Source: Candidatus Rokuibacteriota bacterium (lineage in GTDB: Bacteria > Methylomirabilota > Methylomirabilia > Rokubacteriales > CSP1-6). Taken from it: a stretch of 64,000 bases of DNA. Below, piece after piece: positions 36,038-46,231 of this stretch. The stretch is taken from positions 43,394 through 107,393 of the forward strand of contig QHSX01000047.1 of assembly GCA_003221695.1 (NCBI GenBank), given 5' to 3'. Position 1 is the first letter of the stretch. Every line of letters begins with the position of its first letter. The position numbers were made by a program, and so were the translations under genes. Under the pieces are notes generated by a model that was given only the letters and a program-made list of their open reading frames with translations, had not been told where the DNA came from and did no database searches.

Positions 36038-37465
36038 GTGGAAGCCCAGGTTCGGAGCGAAGACGCCGCGCCGCCGGCGACAACGCCGCGCTTCGACACG
36101 CGAACCCGCGTGCTGCTCGAGGGGCCCATCGCGAGCACGCTCCTGCGGCTCGCAACGCCGAACGTGCTGGTCATGTTCGTGCAGGCGTCCGTCGGGCTCA
36201 TCGAGACGTATTTCGTCGCCAAGCTCGGCACCGATGCCCTGGCGGGCGTGGCGCTGGTCTTCCCCGTGCTGATGCTGATGCAGATGATGTCGGCGGGGGC
36301 CATGGGCGGTGGGATCTCGTCCGCGATCGCCCGCGCGCTCGGCGCCGGATGTCGCGCGGACGCCGAGGCGCTGGTCGTCCATGCGCTCGTCATCGCCGTC
36401 GGTTTCGGGCTCCTCTTCATGCTCGCCATGCTGGGGGGTGGCCGATGGCTGTACAGTGTGATGGGCGGGAGCGGCGCGTCCCTCACCGCGGCGCTGACCT
36501 ACTCCACCGTGGTCTTCTCGGGGGCGATCCTGATCTGGGTCTTCAACTCGCTCGCGAACGTGATCCGCGGCACCGGCAACATGGCGGTTCCGGCCGTGAT
36601 CACATCTGTCGGCGCGGCGGCGCTGATCCCCCTGTCCCCGTGCCTCATCTTCGGCTGGGGACCGTTCCCGCGGCTCGGCGTCGCCGGTGGCGCCGTCGCG
36701 GTGATCGTCTACTACGTCATCGGAAGCATCGCCCTGGTCGTCTACCTTCGCGCGAGGCGCAGCGTCGTCCGTCTTTCCTTCGTTGACGTCCGCTTCCGCT
36801 GGCCGCTCTTCCACGACATTCTACGAGTGGGCGCGGTCGCCGCCCTGATCACCGTCCAGACCAATCTCACGATCGTGATCACGACCGGATTCGTCGGTCG
36901 CTTCGGATCCGCCGCAATCGCGGGCTACGGTACCGGCTCGCGCCTCGAGTACCTGCTGGTCCCGCTCGTGTTCGGGCTCGGTGGCCCGCTCGTCGCCATG
37001 GTGGGAACCAACATCGGCGCGGGCCAGCGCGACCGCGCGCTGCGCGCGGCCTGGATCGGCGCCGGGATCGCCGCGGGCCTCACCGAGATCATCGGGCTCA
37101 CTGCCGCCGCCCTCCCCCACGCGTGGCTCTCGCTGTTCGACACGGACCCCGCGATGCTCGACGCCGGCTCGCGCTATCTGCGGGCCGTCGGTCCGTTCTA
37201 CGGTCTCTTCGGGCTCGGCATGGGGCTGTACTTCGCATCGCAGGGCGCCGGGCGGCTCTCCTGGCCCCTGCTCGCGAACCTGACGCGGCTTGTGATCGCG
37301 GCCGGTGGTGGCTGGCTGGCACTGCGATGGAGCGGCGACGTCTCGTATGTCTTCGTCGCGCTCAGTGCGGCGTTTGCCGCGTTCGGGCTGATCAACGCCG
37401 GGGCTGTCGCGGGCGGCGCCTGGTTCGGCCCGGTCGCCTGGTCACGGCCGCGGTCTCGTTCGTGA
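36038..37465 (+). CDS. MATE family efflux transporter
   Basis: 475 aa, twelve TM segments, N-terminus ILRLATPNVLVMFVQASVGLIETYFVAKLG, typical of the MatE family. Confidence 0.9.
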   Translation: MEAQVRSEDAAPPATTPRFDTRTRVLLEGPIASTLLRLATPNVLVMFVQASVGLIETYFVAKLGTDALAGVALVFPVLMLMQMMSAGAMGGGISSAIARALGAGCRADAEALVVHALVIAVGFGLLFMLAMLGGGRWLYSVMGGSGASLTAALTYSTVVFSGAILIWVFNSLANVIRGTGNMAVPAVITSVGAAALIPLSPCLIFGWGPFPRLGVAGGAVAVIVYYVIGSIALVVYLRARRSVVRLSFVDVRFRWPLFHDILRVGAVAALITVQTNLTIVITTGFVGRFGSAAIAGYGTGSRLEYLLVPLVFGLGGPLVAMVGTNIGAGQRDRALRAAWIGAGIAAGLTEIIGLTAAALPHAWLSLFDTDPAMLDAGSRYLRAVGPFYGLFGLGMGLYFASQGAGRLSWPLLANLTRLVIAAGGGWLALRWSGDVSYVFVALSAAFAAFGLINAGAVAGGAWFGPVAWSRPRSRS

Positions 37466-37597
37466 AGGAGTCTCGACGACCGGCGCGGTTCAAGGCGTGG
37501 CACGCGTGATATCCTCCACCTGCGCGTGCAACGTCGTACCGATGATTCTCGCCTGGTGAGCGCTCGAGTGTCCTGAACGAGCTCTGGAGGGTGAGCG

Positions 37598-38056
37598 ATG
37601 GTGACGTTCCAGATCAACGGTGCGAACCGAACGATCGACGTCGACAGCGACGTCCCGCTCCTGTGGGTGTTACGCGACGAACTTGGACTGACGGGAACGA
37701 AGTACGGGTGCGGAATCGCTCAGTGCGGGGCGTGCACCGTCCACATCGACGGGCGCGCCACGCGCTCGTGTGTGACGCCGGCGGCCGCGCTCCCGGGCCG
37801 TGAGGTTGTCACCATCGAGGGCGTCTCGGGCAACGTTGCCCAAGCGGTCCAGGCCTCCTGGCGCCGGCTCGACGTCGCGCAGTGCGGGTACTGCCAGTCG
37901 GGTCAGATCATGTCGGCGATCGGGCTCCTGACGGGGGTCCCACGCCCGTCCGACGCCGACATCGACGCCGCGATGTCGGGGAATGTCTGCCGCTGCGCCA
38001 CGTACGTCCGCATCCGCGCCGCCATCCACGACGCGGCGCGGACGCTGGGAGGGTGA
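37598..38056 (+). CDS. (2Fe-2S)-binding small subunit of a molybdenum hydroxylase (IorA/CoxS-like)
   Basis: [12 protein letters not shown] and [11 protein letters not shown]...GNVCRCATY cluster motifs. Confidence 0.9.
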   Translation: MVTFQINGANRTIDVDSDVPLLWVLRDELGLTGTKYGCGIAQCGACTVHIDGRATRSCVTPAAALPGREVVTIEGVSGNVAQAVQASWRRLDVAQCGYCQSGQIMSAIGLLTGVPRPSDADIDAAMSGNVCRCATYVRIRAAIHDAARTLGG

Positions 38057-38058
38057 GC

Positions 38059-40212
38059 ATGCTGACTCGCCGACGCTTCGTCCAGTCGACCGCGCTCGCG
38101 GGCGCAGCCCTCCTGGTCGGGTTCCGTCTCGACGGCCGCCTGGCCGTGGCGGACGATGTGTTCGCGCCGAATGCCTTTGTCCGCATCGCGTCGGACAACA
38201 CCGTCACGATCATCGGCAAGCATCTCGAGATGGGGCAGGGCACCTACACGGGGCTCGCGGTCATTCTTGCCGAAGAGCTCGATGCCGACTGGTCCCAGAT
38301 GCGCGTCGAGGCGGCGCCGGCAGACGCCACGCGCTACAACAATCTGAGGTGGGGCCCGGTGCAGGGAACCGGCGGCAGCACGGGCCTGGCCAATTCGTGG
38401 GGGCAGCTCCGCCGGGCCGGCGCGACGGCGCGCGCCATGCTCGTCGAGGCCGCGGCGCGGGACTGGAGCGTGCCCGCCGCGGAGATCACCGTTGACCGCG
38501 GCGTGGTCTCGCACGCGCCGTCGGGGCGCCGCGCGACGTTCGGGGACCTTGCGGCGAAGGCTGCCACGCTCACACCGCCCCCGCTCGTGACCTTGAAGGA
38601 CCCCAAGGACTTCAAGCTCGTCGGCACACACCTGCCCCGGCTCGACGGCACGGCGAAGACGGACGGCTCGGCGAAGTTCACCATGGACTTCACGCTGCCG
38701 GGGATGCTGACGGCGCTGATCGCGCGGCCGCCGAGGTTCGGCGCCACCGTGAAGTCGTTCGACGCGACGGTGGCCAAGCAGATCAAGGGCGTGACGCACG
38801 TCGTGCAGGTTCCCTCCGGCGTCGCCGTCGTCGCGACGAGCTTCTGGGCCGCGCGAAAAGGACGCGAGGCGCTGCGCGTGTCGTGGGACGAGAGCCGCGC
38901 CGAGACGCGCAGCAGCGACGACCTCTACTCGGCGTATCGCACGCTGGCCCGTCGCCCGGGGACGCCCGCGCGGCGCGAGGGCGACACCGCCGGCGCGCTC
39001 CGCCGCGCGACGCGGGTGCTCGAAGCGGTCTACGAGTTCCCGTATCTCGCGCACGCGCCCATGGAGCCGCTCGACGCCGTCGTCCGTGTGGGCGCCGACG
39101 GCTGCGACTTCTGGGCCGGTTCGCAGGTTCCAACGATCGACCAGCAGGTCGTCGCGAGCACCCTGGGCTTGCCGCCGACCAAGGTGCGGGTCAACACGCT
39201 GCTCGCGGGCGGCAGCTTTGGGCGCCGGGCCACGCCGAACGGTGACGTCGCTGGCGAGGCGGCGGCCGTCGCGAAGGCCATCGGCGGCGACAAGCCCGTG
39301 AAGCTCGTGTGGACGCGCGAGGACGACATTCAGGGCGGCCGGTACCGCCCGCTCTACGTGCACCGTGTGCGCGCCGGGCTCGATGCCGAGGGCAACATCG
39401 TCGGGTGGGAGCAGCGCATCGTCGGCCAGTCGATCCTCAAGGGGACGCCATTCGAGGCGATGATCAAGGACGGCATCGACGTCACGTCGGTCGAGGGCGC
39501 GTCGACGCTTCCCTATGCCATCCCGAACATCACCGTGGAGCTTCACACGACCACCGTCGGCGTGCCCGTGCTCTGGTGGCGCTCGGTCGGCAGCACTCAC
39601 ACCGCGTTCTCGACGGAGACGTTCCTGGACGAGCTCGCTCACGCGGCCGGCCGCGATCCCCTCGAGGTGCGGCGCGCACTGCTCGCGAAGCACCCACGAC
39701 ATCTCGCCGCGCTGAACCTCGCGGCCGAGAAGGCGGGCTGGGGTGAGCCGCTCCCCCCGGGGCGCGCACGCGGGATCGCCGTGCATGAATCGTTCGGGAG
39801 TGTCGTCGCCCAGGTCGCCGAGGTTTCGCGGCGTCCGGACGGTCTGCCGAAGGTCGAACGCGTCGTCTGCGCCGTCGACTGTGGCACCGCGATCAACCCG
39901 GATGTGGTGCGAGCCCAGATGGAGGGTGGCATCGGCTTCGGCCTGGCCGGCGCGCTGTGGAGCGAAATCACACTCGTGCGCGGCCGGGTGCAGCAGCGGA
40001 ACTTCGACGGCTACCGGCCGCTGCGCATCGAGGACATGCCGGCGGTCGAGGTGCACATCGTGCCGTCAGGGGCGGTGCCGACGGGCGTGGGCGAGCCCGG
40101 CGTCCCGCCGATCGCTCCCGCGGTCGCCAACGCGCTCTTCCATCTCTCGGGCCGGAGGGTGCGGCGATTACCGTTCGCGCGACTCGCGCCGCTCGGTACG
40201 AGAACCGCATGA
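38059..40212 (+). CDS. molybdopterin-binding large subunit of a molybdenum hydroxylase (IorB-like), Tat signal
   Basis: The ATG at 38059 lies 2 nt after the iorA-like stop. Tat signal [36 protein letters not shown] and [16 protein letters not shown] are typical of the aldehyde oxidase / xanthine dehydrogenase Mo-binding fold. Confidence 0.85.
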   Translation: MLTRRRFVQSTALAGAALLVGFRLDGRLAVADDVFAPNAFVRIASDNTVTIIGKHLEMGQGTYTGLAVILAEELDADWSQMRVEAAPADATRYNNLRWGPVQGTGGSTGLANSWGQLRRAGATARAMLVEAAARDWSVPAAEITVDRGVVSHAPSGRRATFGDLAAKAATLTPPPLVTLKDPKDFKLVGTHLPRLDGTAKTDGSAKFTMDFTLPGMLTALIARPPRFGATVKSFDATVAKQIKGVTHVVQVPSGVAVVATSFWAARKGREALRVSWDESRAETRSSDDLYSAYRTLARRPGTPARREGDTAGALRRATRVLEAVYEFPYLAHAPMEPLDAVVRVGADGCDFWAGSQVPTIDQQVVASTLGLPPTKVRVNTLLAGGSFGRRATPNGDVAGEAAAVAKAIGGDKPVKLVWTREDDIQGGRYRPLYVHRVRAGLDAEGNIVGWEQRIVGQSILKGTPFEAMIKDGIDVTSVEGASTLPYAIPNITVELHTTTVGVPVLWWRSVGSTHTAFSTETFLDELAHAAGRDPLEVRRALLAKHPRHLAALNLAAEKAGWGEPLPPGRARGIAVHESFGSVVAQVAEVSRRPDGLPKVERVVCAVDCGTAINPDVVRAQMEGGIGFGLAGALWSEITLVRGRVQQRNFDGYRPLRIEDMPAVEVHIVPSGAVPTGVGEPGVPPIAPAVANALFHLSGRRVRRLPFARLAPLGTRTA

Positions 40213-40823
40213 GACGCCGGTCCCTCCAGATCTTGATGGCGGGCGTGGCGGTCATAGCGGCGGTGGCGCTCCTTCCGTCTGCCGTACGCGGGCAGAGTGC
40301 GCGCACGCTGCGTTCTCCGCACGACTTCGCTGGTATTCGCGACCCCGCCGCGCGCTCGGCGGCGCTCTTCGTCGAGGCCGGCAAGGTGCTCCAGCATCCG
40401 CGCTGCCTGAACTGCCACCCGGCCGGCGACCGCCCGTCGCAGGGCACTGGCTACCCGCATCAGCCGCCCGTCCAGCGTGGCGCGGACGGCCTCGGGGTCA
40501 CGACGATGCGCTGCACGACGTGTCACCAGGCAGCGAACTTCGATCCCGGTCGTGTGCCCGGCAGCCCGAAGTGGCACCTTGCCCCCGCCTCCATGGCCTG
40601 GCAGAAGCGCTCCCTCGCCGAGATCTGTGCGCAGGTGAAGGAACCCGCGCGCAATGGTGGCCACAGCCTGGCCGAGATCGTCGAGCACATGTCGCGCGAT
40701 CCGCTTGTGGGCTGGGCCTGGAACCCCGGTGCGGGCCGCGAGCCAGCGCCGGGTACGCAGGCGGCTTTCGGGGCGCTCATCAAGGCGTGGGTGGACTCGG
40801 GAGCGGCGTGCCCGGCGCGATAG
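40209..40823 (+). CDS. small secreted protein with two CxxCH haem-binding motifs (putative dihaem c-type cytochrome partner)
   Basis: Its ATGA overlaps the iorB-like stop. It has a signal peptide, then CLNCH and CTTCH. Confidence 0.65.
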   Translation: MRRRSLQILMAGVAVIAAVALLPSAVRGQSARTLRSPHDFAGIRDPAARSAALFVEAGKVLQHPRCLNCHPAGDRPSQGTGYPHQPPVQRGADGLGVTTMRCTTCHQAANFDPGRVPGSPKWHLAPASMAWQKRSLAEICAQVKEPARNGGHSLAEIVEHMSRDPLVGWAWNPGAGREPAPGTQAAFGALIKAWVDSGAACPAR

Positions 40824-40873
40824 GAATAGTTGGCAAGCGGTGCACGGGCTTCCCTTCAAGCAAGGAGACCGCA

Positions 40874-41347
40874 ATGGCGGCGAAGAAAATTCCCGAGGGG
40901 CACAACCGCGTTTCGCCCTACCTGATCGTCGACGGCGCCGAGCGCGCGCTCGACTTCTACAAGAAGGCGTTCGACGCCGTTGAGCTGTTCCGGCACAAGG
41001 CGCCGACTGGGACGATCGGCCATGCCGAGGTGCGGATCGGCGACACCGTCGTCATGCTCGCCGACGTTCATCCGGACTTCGACGCCCACGGCCCCGCGCA
41101 CTACGGCGGCTCGCCGATCAGCCTGCACATGTACGTCGAGGACGTCGATGCCGTGGCGCGCCAGGCGATCGCCGCGGGAGCCAAGGTCAAGCGGCCGGTC
41201 GCCGACCAGTTCTACGGCGACCGGCTGGGCACGTTCGAGGACCCGTTTGGCCACACGTGGCACATCTCCACGCACATCGAGGACGTGGCGGGCGAGGAGC
41301 TCGACCGCCGCGCGAAGGCGGCGATGGCGCAACACAAGAAGCGCTAG
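40874..41347 (+). CDS. VOC family protein (glyoxalase/bleomycin-resistance fold, PhnB-like)
   Basis: The ATG at 40874 follows AAGGAGA. VSPYLIVDGAERALDFYKKAFDA...FYGDRLGTFEDPFGHTWHI. Confidence 0.8.
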   Translation: MAAKKIPEGHNRVSPYLIVDGAERALDFYKKAFDAVELFRHKAPTGTIGHAEVRIGDTVVMLADVHPDFDAHGPAHYGGSPISLHMYVEDVDAVARQAIAAGAKVKRPVADQFYGDRLGTFEDPFGHTWHISTHIEDVAGEELDRRAKAAMAQHKKR

Positions 41348-41359
41348 GGGAGGTGGGCA

Positions 41360-41740
41360 ATGACGGTTCGCTTGGACCACACCATCGTGCCAGCGAAAGA
41401 CAAGATCGCCTCCGCCGAGTTCTTCGCCGAGGTCTTCGGCTTGACGGTCAAGTCGGGCCAAGGCTACTTCGCGCAAGTGCAAGTCAACGAGAGCCTGACG
41501 TTTGACTTCGGCGACGAGCCGGAACCATGGGGTGGGCATCACTACGCCTTCCATGTCAGCGAAGCGGAGTTCGACGCGATCTTCGGCCGGGTGAGGGCCA
41601 AGGGAATTCCCTACGGCAGCGGGCCACACAGCCACACGGACGGCCAGATCAACACCCGCCGAGGCGGGCGCGGCTTCTACTTCGAGGACCCTTACGGCCA
41701 CCTGTTGGAGGTCATGACAGTGCCCGAGACGGGGAGCTAG
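41360..41740 (+). CDS. VOC family protein (glyoxalase-like)
   Basis: [24 protein letters not shown]...HYAFHV...[13 protein letters not shown]. Confidence 0.8.
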   Translation: MTVRLDHTIVPAKDKIASAEFFAEVFGLTVKSGQGYFAQVQVNESLTFDFGDEPEPWGGHHYAFHVSEAEFDAIFGRVRAKGIPYGSGPHSHTDGQINTRRGGRGFYFEDPYGHLLEVMTVPETGS

Positions 41741-41754
41741 GCGGGCAGAAATAC

Positions 41755-42504
41755 ATGGGGAAGCTCGAAGGGAAAATCGCCCTCATCACTGGTGGCAATA
41801 GCGGCATTGGCCTGGCGACGGCGAAGCAGTTCGTGAACGAGGGCGCGTACGTCTTCATCACGGGGCGCCGTGATCCGGAGCTGGCGGCGGCGGTCAAGGA
41901 GATCGGGAGGAATGTCACCGGCGTACGAGGAGACGTGTCGCACCTCGGCGACCTCGATCGCCTCTTCGCACAAATCAAGCGGGAGAAGGGCACGCTCGAT
42001 GTCGTGTTCGCGAATGCCGGTATTGCGCAATATGCTCCCTTCGGCGCGATCACCGAGGAGCACTATGACTCGATCTTCGACATCAATGTGAAAGGGCTCC
42101 TGTTCACGGTGCAGAAGGCGCTTCCGCTGATGCCGGACGGTGCCTCGATCATCCTGACTGCGTCCATCGTCGCCAGCAGAGGGTTGGCGGCGAATAGTGT
42201 GTATAGCGCCACCAAAGCCGCCGTGCGTTCGTTCGCGCGGACATGGACGACGGACCTGAAGAATCGACGCATTCGCGTGAACGCAGTGAGCCCAGGCCCC
42301 ATCGACACGCCCGGACTGAACGACCTGGTGGCGTCCACGGGGGCGGGCGAGCAACGCTTGCAGATGCTCTCCAACATTGTTCCGCTCGGCAGGCTCGGGA
42401 CACCCAAAGAGATCGCCAAGGCCGTCGTGTTTCTCGCATCCGACGACAGTAGCTACGTCACGGGAACGGAACTGTTCGTGGATGGCGGCATGGCACAAGT
42501 GTAG
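41755..42504 (+). CDS. SDR family oxidoreductase
   Basis: [15 protein letters not shown], and catalytic YSATKAAV. Confidence 0.9.
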   Translation: MGKLEGKIALITGGNSGIGLATAKQFVNEGAYVFITGRRDPELAAAVKEIGRNVTGVRGDVSHLGDLDRLFAQIKREKGTLDVVFANAGIAQYAPFGAITEEHYDSIFDINVKGLLFTVQKALPLMPDGASIILTASIVASRGLAANSVYSATKAAVRSFARTWTTDLKNRRIRVNAVSPGPIDTPGLNDLVASTGAGEQRLQMLSNIVPLGRLGTPKEIAKAVVFLASDDSSYVTGTELFVDGGMAQV

Positions 42505-42552
42505 GCCGTGCGCTCGGCAAAGAGAATCTTTGTCGGCTCAGAGGAGAGGAGC

Positions 42553-43167
42553 ATGAGCACGCGCCTCAGAGAAGGTATTTCCGCGGTCTTGTGCGGCGTC
42601 GCGTTCCTGCTGTCGACGGGTCTCGGGAACGCAACGGAGAGTACCGTCGAGGGTGATCTCCCCATCGACGCGAAGTCATTTCGGTGCATCACGAAGATGA
42701 CGCAGGTGCGTCAGTTCTACGTCGACAACTTGCGTGGCAATCTCACCGCGACGCTGGCCGCCGCCAATTCGACGACGGGCGCCGTGTACCCACCGGGATC
42801 CGTCATTCAATTGATTCCGGGCGAGGCGATGGTCAAGCGGGACAAGGGCTTCAACACTGCAACGCGTGATTGGGAGTTCTTCGAGCTTGACGTGTCAAAA
42901 GATGGAACACAGATTAGAAAACGAGGATTCGCCGACGTCGTCAATCGATTTGGAGGGAACTGTTTTGGATGTCACATTGCCGCTCGTCCGCAGTGGGATC
43001 TCGTGTGCGAGGCCGACCACGGTTGCGCTCCAATCCCAGTGACGCGCGCCATGATTGGTGCTCTGCAAAGAACGGATCCGCGTTGCGATAACCCGACAAT
43101 CAGCCCAGTGGATGCCGAAGCGCTCAAACACCTGAACCAACTGCTGAAGGCACCTAAGGTAAAATGA
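42553..43167 (+). CDS. cytochrome P460-family-like haem protein
   Basis: The ATG at 42553 follows GGAGAGGAG. It has a signal peptide, YPPGSVIQLIPGEAMVKRDKGF, DWEFFEL and a single CFGCH. The GC content is visibly lower than in flanking genes. Confidence 0.55.
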   Translation: MSTRLREGISAVLCGVAFLLSTGLGNATESTVEGDLPIDAKSFRCITKMTQVRQFYVDNLRGNLTATLAAANSTTGAVYPPGSVIQLIPGEAMVKRDKGFNTATRDWEFFELDVSKDGTQIRKRGFADVVNRFGGNCFGCHIAARPQWDLVCEADHGCAPIPVTRAMIGALQRTDPRCDNPTISPVDAEALKHLNQLLKAPKVK

Positions 43168-43176
43168 CCCGCGTCT

Positions 43177-43824
43177 TCAGGGCGACTCTACGCGACGGCG
43201 CCCCGTGTCCTTCGACCCCGCGCCTTCGTCCTGCTTGGCTTTGAGCTTCGTGACCAAATCCTGGTAGGACGAGCGCACGATGATCGCGTTGAACTGCGTC
43301 CGGTAGTTGGCAACGAGACTGACGCCCTCGATGTTGACATCGAAGACCCGCCAGCGGCCATCTCGCTGGAACATGCGATAGTCCACCGGAACCTCGGTCC
43401 CCTGCTTCGTGATGATCCGCGTCCGGACCGTCGCCTGGTCGCCGTCCACCATCTCGCCGGCATAGGCAACGCGCTCGCCCGAGTAGCTCTCGATCTTCGA
43501 GACGTACGTACGCTCGAGGAGATCACCGAATAACGCGACGAACTCCTCGCGCTCGGGCGGCGTGCGTGCCTGCCAGTGGCGGCCGAGGCTCCGCTGCGAG
43601 ATCTCTGCGAAGTCGAAAATCTCGTTGGCGATCGTGCGGAGCGTCGCCCGACGATCCGTTGTCTTCGCGTCTTTCTTGAGCGCGGGTTCCTCGAGAACCT
43701 TGACGACGCGGTCGATCCTGTCGCGGAGCTGCTCAGTCGGCGGGCCCGCCCAGACACTCGAGCCGGGGGCAGCCAGGAGAGCCGCGGCAAGCGCAGCCGG
43801 CACGAGGCGACGTGTCATGTCCAA
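43177..43824 (-). CDS. MlaC/Ttg2D-family phospholipid-binding periplasmic protein
   Basis: Signal peptide, then IANEIFDFAEISQRSLGRHW...EREEF..LF..LLERTY...YRM..RDGRWRVFDVNIEGVSLV, typical of the Tol_Tol_Ttg2 family. Confidence 0.8.
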   Translation of the reverse strand: MDMTRRLVPAALAAALLAAPGSSVWAGPPTEQLRDRIDRVVKVLEEPALKKDAKTTDRRATLRTIANEIFDFAEISQRSLGRHWQARTPPEREEFVALFGDLLERTYVSKIESYSGERVAYAGEMVDGDQATVRTRIITKQGTEVPVDYRMFQRDGRWRVFDVNIEGVSLVANYRTQFNAIIVRSSYQDLVTKLKAKQDEGAGSKDTGRRRVESP

Positions 43825-43900
43825 GCCAATCTTATCACCAGCCGTGACAAGAGCGACGTCGCCCGCCGTCGATCACGAAGGACCATGCATGAGAGCGGAT

Positions 43901-44227
43901 CTACGGTGCCTGGACACCGGGAACACTGCGCTGAATCGATGTCCCGAGTACGCGCAGGCGGTCGTCCGGGAGCTGTCCGGTCACGATGACCCAATCCCCT
44001 TGCACCAGTCCACTGTAGTCGCTCTGGGGGACCCGTACGAGGTCAATCCCGACGGCCGGTCGGTCGTCCACCGACAGGGACAGAACGGTGCCAGCGATCC
44101 ACTGCACGCGGCCCTCGAGGCGAACGTATCGGGTCTGAGCCGCGGAGGCCGCCGGCAGCGCGAGCAGGAGCGAAAGGACGACGGAGACCATCAGGCGACG
44201 CAGGCGACCGCGCTGGCGGGTCGTCAT
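43901..44227 (-). CDS. small secreted hypothetical protein
   Basis: Signal peptide LMVSVVLSLLLALPAASAAQ and beta-rich mature sequence LEGRVQWIAGTVLSLSVDD...GDWVIVTG. Confidence 0.55.
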   Translation of the reverse strand: MTTRQRGRLRRLMVSVVLSLLLALPAASAAQTRYVRLEGRVQWIAGTVLSLSVDDRPAVGIDLVRVPQSDYSGLVQGDWVIVTGQLPDDRLRVLGTSIQRSVPGVQAP

Positions 44228-44442
44228 CAGCTTTCGGCGCCCTCACGCCCGGGAGGACCGGAGACCGGGCTGGCAAGTCTGCGCCGCCGCTCGCGCCACT
44301 GGCCGCGCGAGGCCGTCTCGGGTCGACGGAACACCGCCGCAGGAACGACGCGTACGACGTGTCCCTGCCCGTCGAGAATCGTGACCGGGGCGATGGTCTC
44401 AACGTGTCCAGGAAGCCGGACCGCGCCTGATGAGCTCCTCAT
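44227..44442 (-). CDS. possible small hypothetical protein (71 aa)
   Basis: The ATG at 44442 follows GGAAGGGGG. Its stop overlaps the next start by 1 nt (TGATG). I recognise no family. Confidence 0.35.
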   Translation of the reverse strand: MRSSSGAVRLPGHVETIAPVTILDGQGHVVRVVPAAVFRRPETASRGQWRERRRRLASPVSGPPGREGAES

Positions 44443-44527
44443 CGGTGGTTCCCCCTTCCTGGATTGGGATGGCGAGCGAGGTTGCGGGGATGCAGCCGTC
44501 ACGGGCCCAATCACCCCGCGACCGTTG

Positions 44528-44956
44528 CTATCGGCCCCTCGCTTGCTGACCGCGAAGAACCATGCACGTGCCGACGGCGTGGGCGACGAGCCCCTCCCCG
44601 CCGTCGACCACGTCGCACTCGACGAGCCCGACGGTGCGCCCCGCCTTACGCACACGCCCACGGGCGGCCACGCGCCCGTTCCACACCGGCTTGAGGAAGT
44701 TGATTTTCATCTCCAGCGTCGTGTACGACTCGCCCTCCTCGAGGGTCGTCATGTAGGCCCAACCCTTGGCGGCGTCGGCGAACGCGGCGATCAGCCCGCC
44801 CTGCACGGTGCCCATCGGGTTGCCGTGGCGAGCGTCGGCCTGGAGGACCACGACGGCATCGCCGGGCCCGAACGACTCCAGCGCCATGCCGATCAGCCTC
44901 GCCGCCGGGGGCTGCGGCGCATCGCCGCGCAGGAGCTGCTCCATGCCCTCGATCAT
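44528..44956 (-). CDS. PaaI-family hotdog-fold thioesterase
   Basis: HGNPMGTVQGGLIAAFADAA and TLEMKINFLKP, typical of the 4HBT/PaaI family. Confidence 0.85.
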   Translation of the reverse strand: MIEGMEQLLRGDAPQPPAARLIGMALESFGPGDAVVVLQADARHGNPMGTVQGGLIAAFADAAKGWAYMTTLEEGESYTTLEMKINFLKPVWNGRVAARGRVRKAGRTVGLVECDVVDGGEGLVAHAVGTCMVLRGQQARGR

Positions 44957-45154
44957 CTCGCCATCGGCTCACACCTCCGTCGTATCTCACCGGGGCTGCT
45001 CGGCTCGGGTAGAAGAGTACACTCCGGCCGGGTCACCTGTGCGATCCTAATCGCCCGCGGCGTCCGCGGCTGGCTCGCTGGGGAGGAGGTGACGCAATCG
45101 CCCGAGACGAATGGACCGGCACGCTCCTCATCCCGCGACTAGGGAGACTCATGC

Positions 45155-46090
45155 ATGAACCCACAGGATCGACGCTGCTTCCTCAAAACGGCCGCCCTCT
45201 CCGCGGCAGGACTGGCGCTCTCTCACGTCATCGAGCCGTCCAACGCGCGCGGTGCCGGCGGCCCCGGCTTCGTCACGACGAACGACGGCTACAAGCTCAG
45301 GTACGAAGAGGCCGGATCGGGGAAGCCGCTGGTGTGCATCCCCGGCTGGTCGCAGACGGCCGCGCAGTTCAAGCAGCAACTGACCGGACTCAGCGACCGC
45401 TACCGCGTGATTGCCGTCGATATGCGGGGGCACGGCGAGTCCGATAAGCCCGCCCACGGCTACTCGATTGCACGGCTGTCCAAGGACGTCCACGACCTCC
45501 TGGCCGACCTGAGCCTCGCCGATGTCACCCTCATGGGGCACTCGATGGGATGCTCGGTGATCTGGAGCTACTGGGAGCTTTTCGGTTCCGAGCGGCTGGC
45601 CAAGCTCGTCCTCGTCGACCAGATGCCTTTCATCACCGCGAACCCCGCGTGGTCAGCGGAAGAGAAAGAGGCGAGCGGCGCCCTCTTCGACCCGAACTCA
45701 CTCTACACGAACATTAACGCCCTCGCCGGACCCGACGGAGTGAAGACGACGGAGGGCTTCATCGGGGCGATGTTCACCCCCGCCTACCCCAAGGACGAGG
45801 TGGCGTGGGTCGTCAAGCAGAATCTCAAGCTGCCCCGCGAGTACGCGGCGAGGTTGCTGTACGACCACGCCACGCGCGACTGGCGCCGCATCATCCCCCG
45901 GATCAACGTTCCGACTCTCGTTGTGGGCGGCAAGACCAGTCTCGTGCCCTGGAAGTCGCAGGTCTGGATCGCGAACCAGATCCGCGGGTCCCGGCTGGAG
46001 ATCTTCGAGGAGAGCGAGGGCGGGAACCACTTCATGTTTATGGAGAACCCTCAGAAGTTCAACAGAATCGTTCGGGACTTCATGAGCTGA
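45155..46090 (+). CDS. alpha/beta hydrolase, Tat-exported
   Basis: Tat-like MNPQDRRCFLKTAALSAAGLAL and nucleophile elbow GHSMG. Confidence 0.85.
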   Translation: MNPQDRRCFLKTAALSAAGLALSHVIEPSNARGAGGPGFVTTNDGYKLRYEEAGSGKPLVCIPGWSQTAAQFKQQLTGLSDRYRVIAVDMRGHGESDKPAHGYSIARLSKDVHDLLADLSLADVTLMGHSMGCSVIWSYWELFGSERLAKLVLVDQMPFITANPAWSAEEKEASGALFDPNSLYTNINALAGPDGVKTTEGFIGAMFTPAYPKDEVAWVVKQNLKLPREYAARLLYDHATRDWRRIIPRINVPTLVVGGKTSLVPWKSQVWIANQIRGSRLEIFEESEGGNHFMFMENPQKFNRIVRDFMS

Positions 46091-46121
46091 CCCGCCGCCC
46101 GAGGGATGCGATCGCCACGAA

Positions 46122-46150
46122 CGCCGTCGGGCGTCGCCCGGCGGCGTTTC
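46122..46150 (+). terminator. possible intrinsic terminator after the alpha/beta hydrolase gene
   Basis: CGCCGTCGGGC/GCCCGGCGGCG forms an 11-bp stem (one G-U pair) with a 3-nt loop, followed by only TTT. The T-tract is weak. Confidence 0.3.
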
Positions 46151-46231
46151 ACCAGTCTGAATCCCCCGCAGATCGACGCGCATCCATAGGAGCAATAGCG
46201 CGAACGGATCGTTGCTGTGGCAGAGGAGATC

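Noticed and set aside
37498-37514. TGGCAC upstream of the iorA-like gene considered as a sigma-54 -24 element
   Set aside because: The sequence 5 nt downstream is ATATC rather than the TTGC(A/T) -12 element, and no enhancer-binding protein gene is nearby.
37903-40056. 717-aa minus-strand ORF
   Set aside because: It is antisense to the Mo-hydroxylase large subunit, and its composition is Arg/Asp/Gly-rich with no motif.
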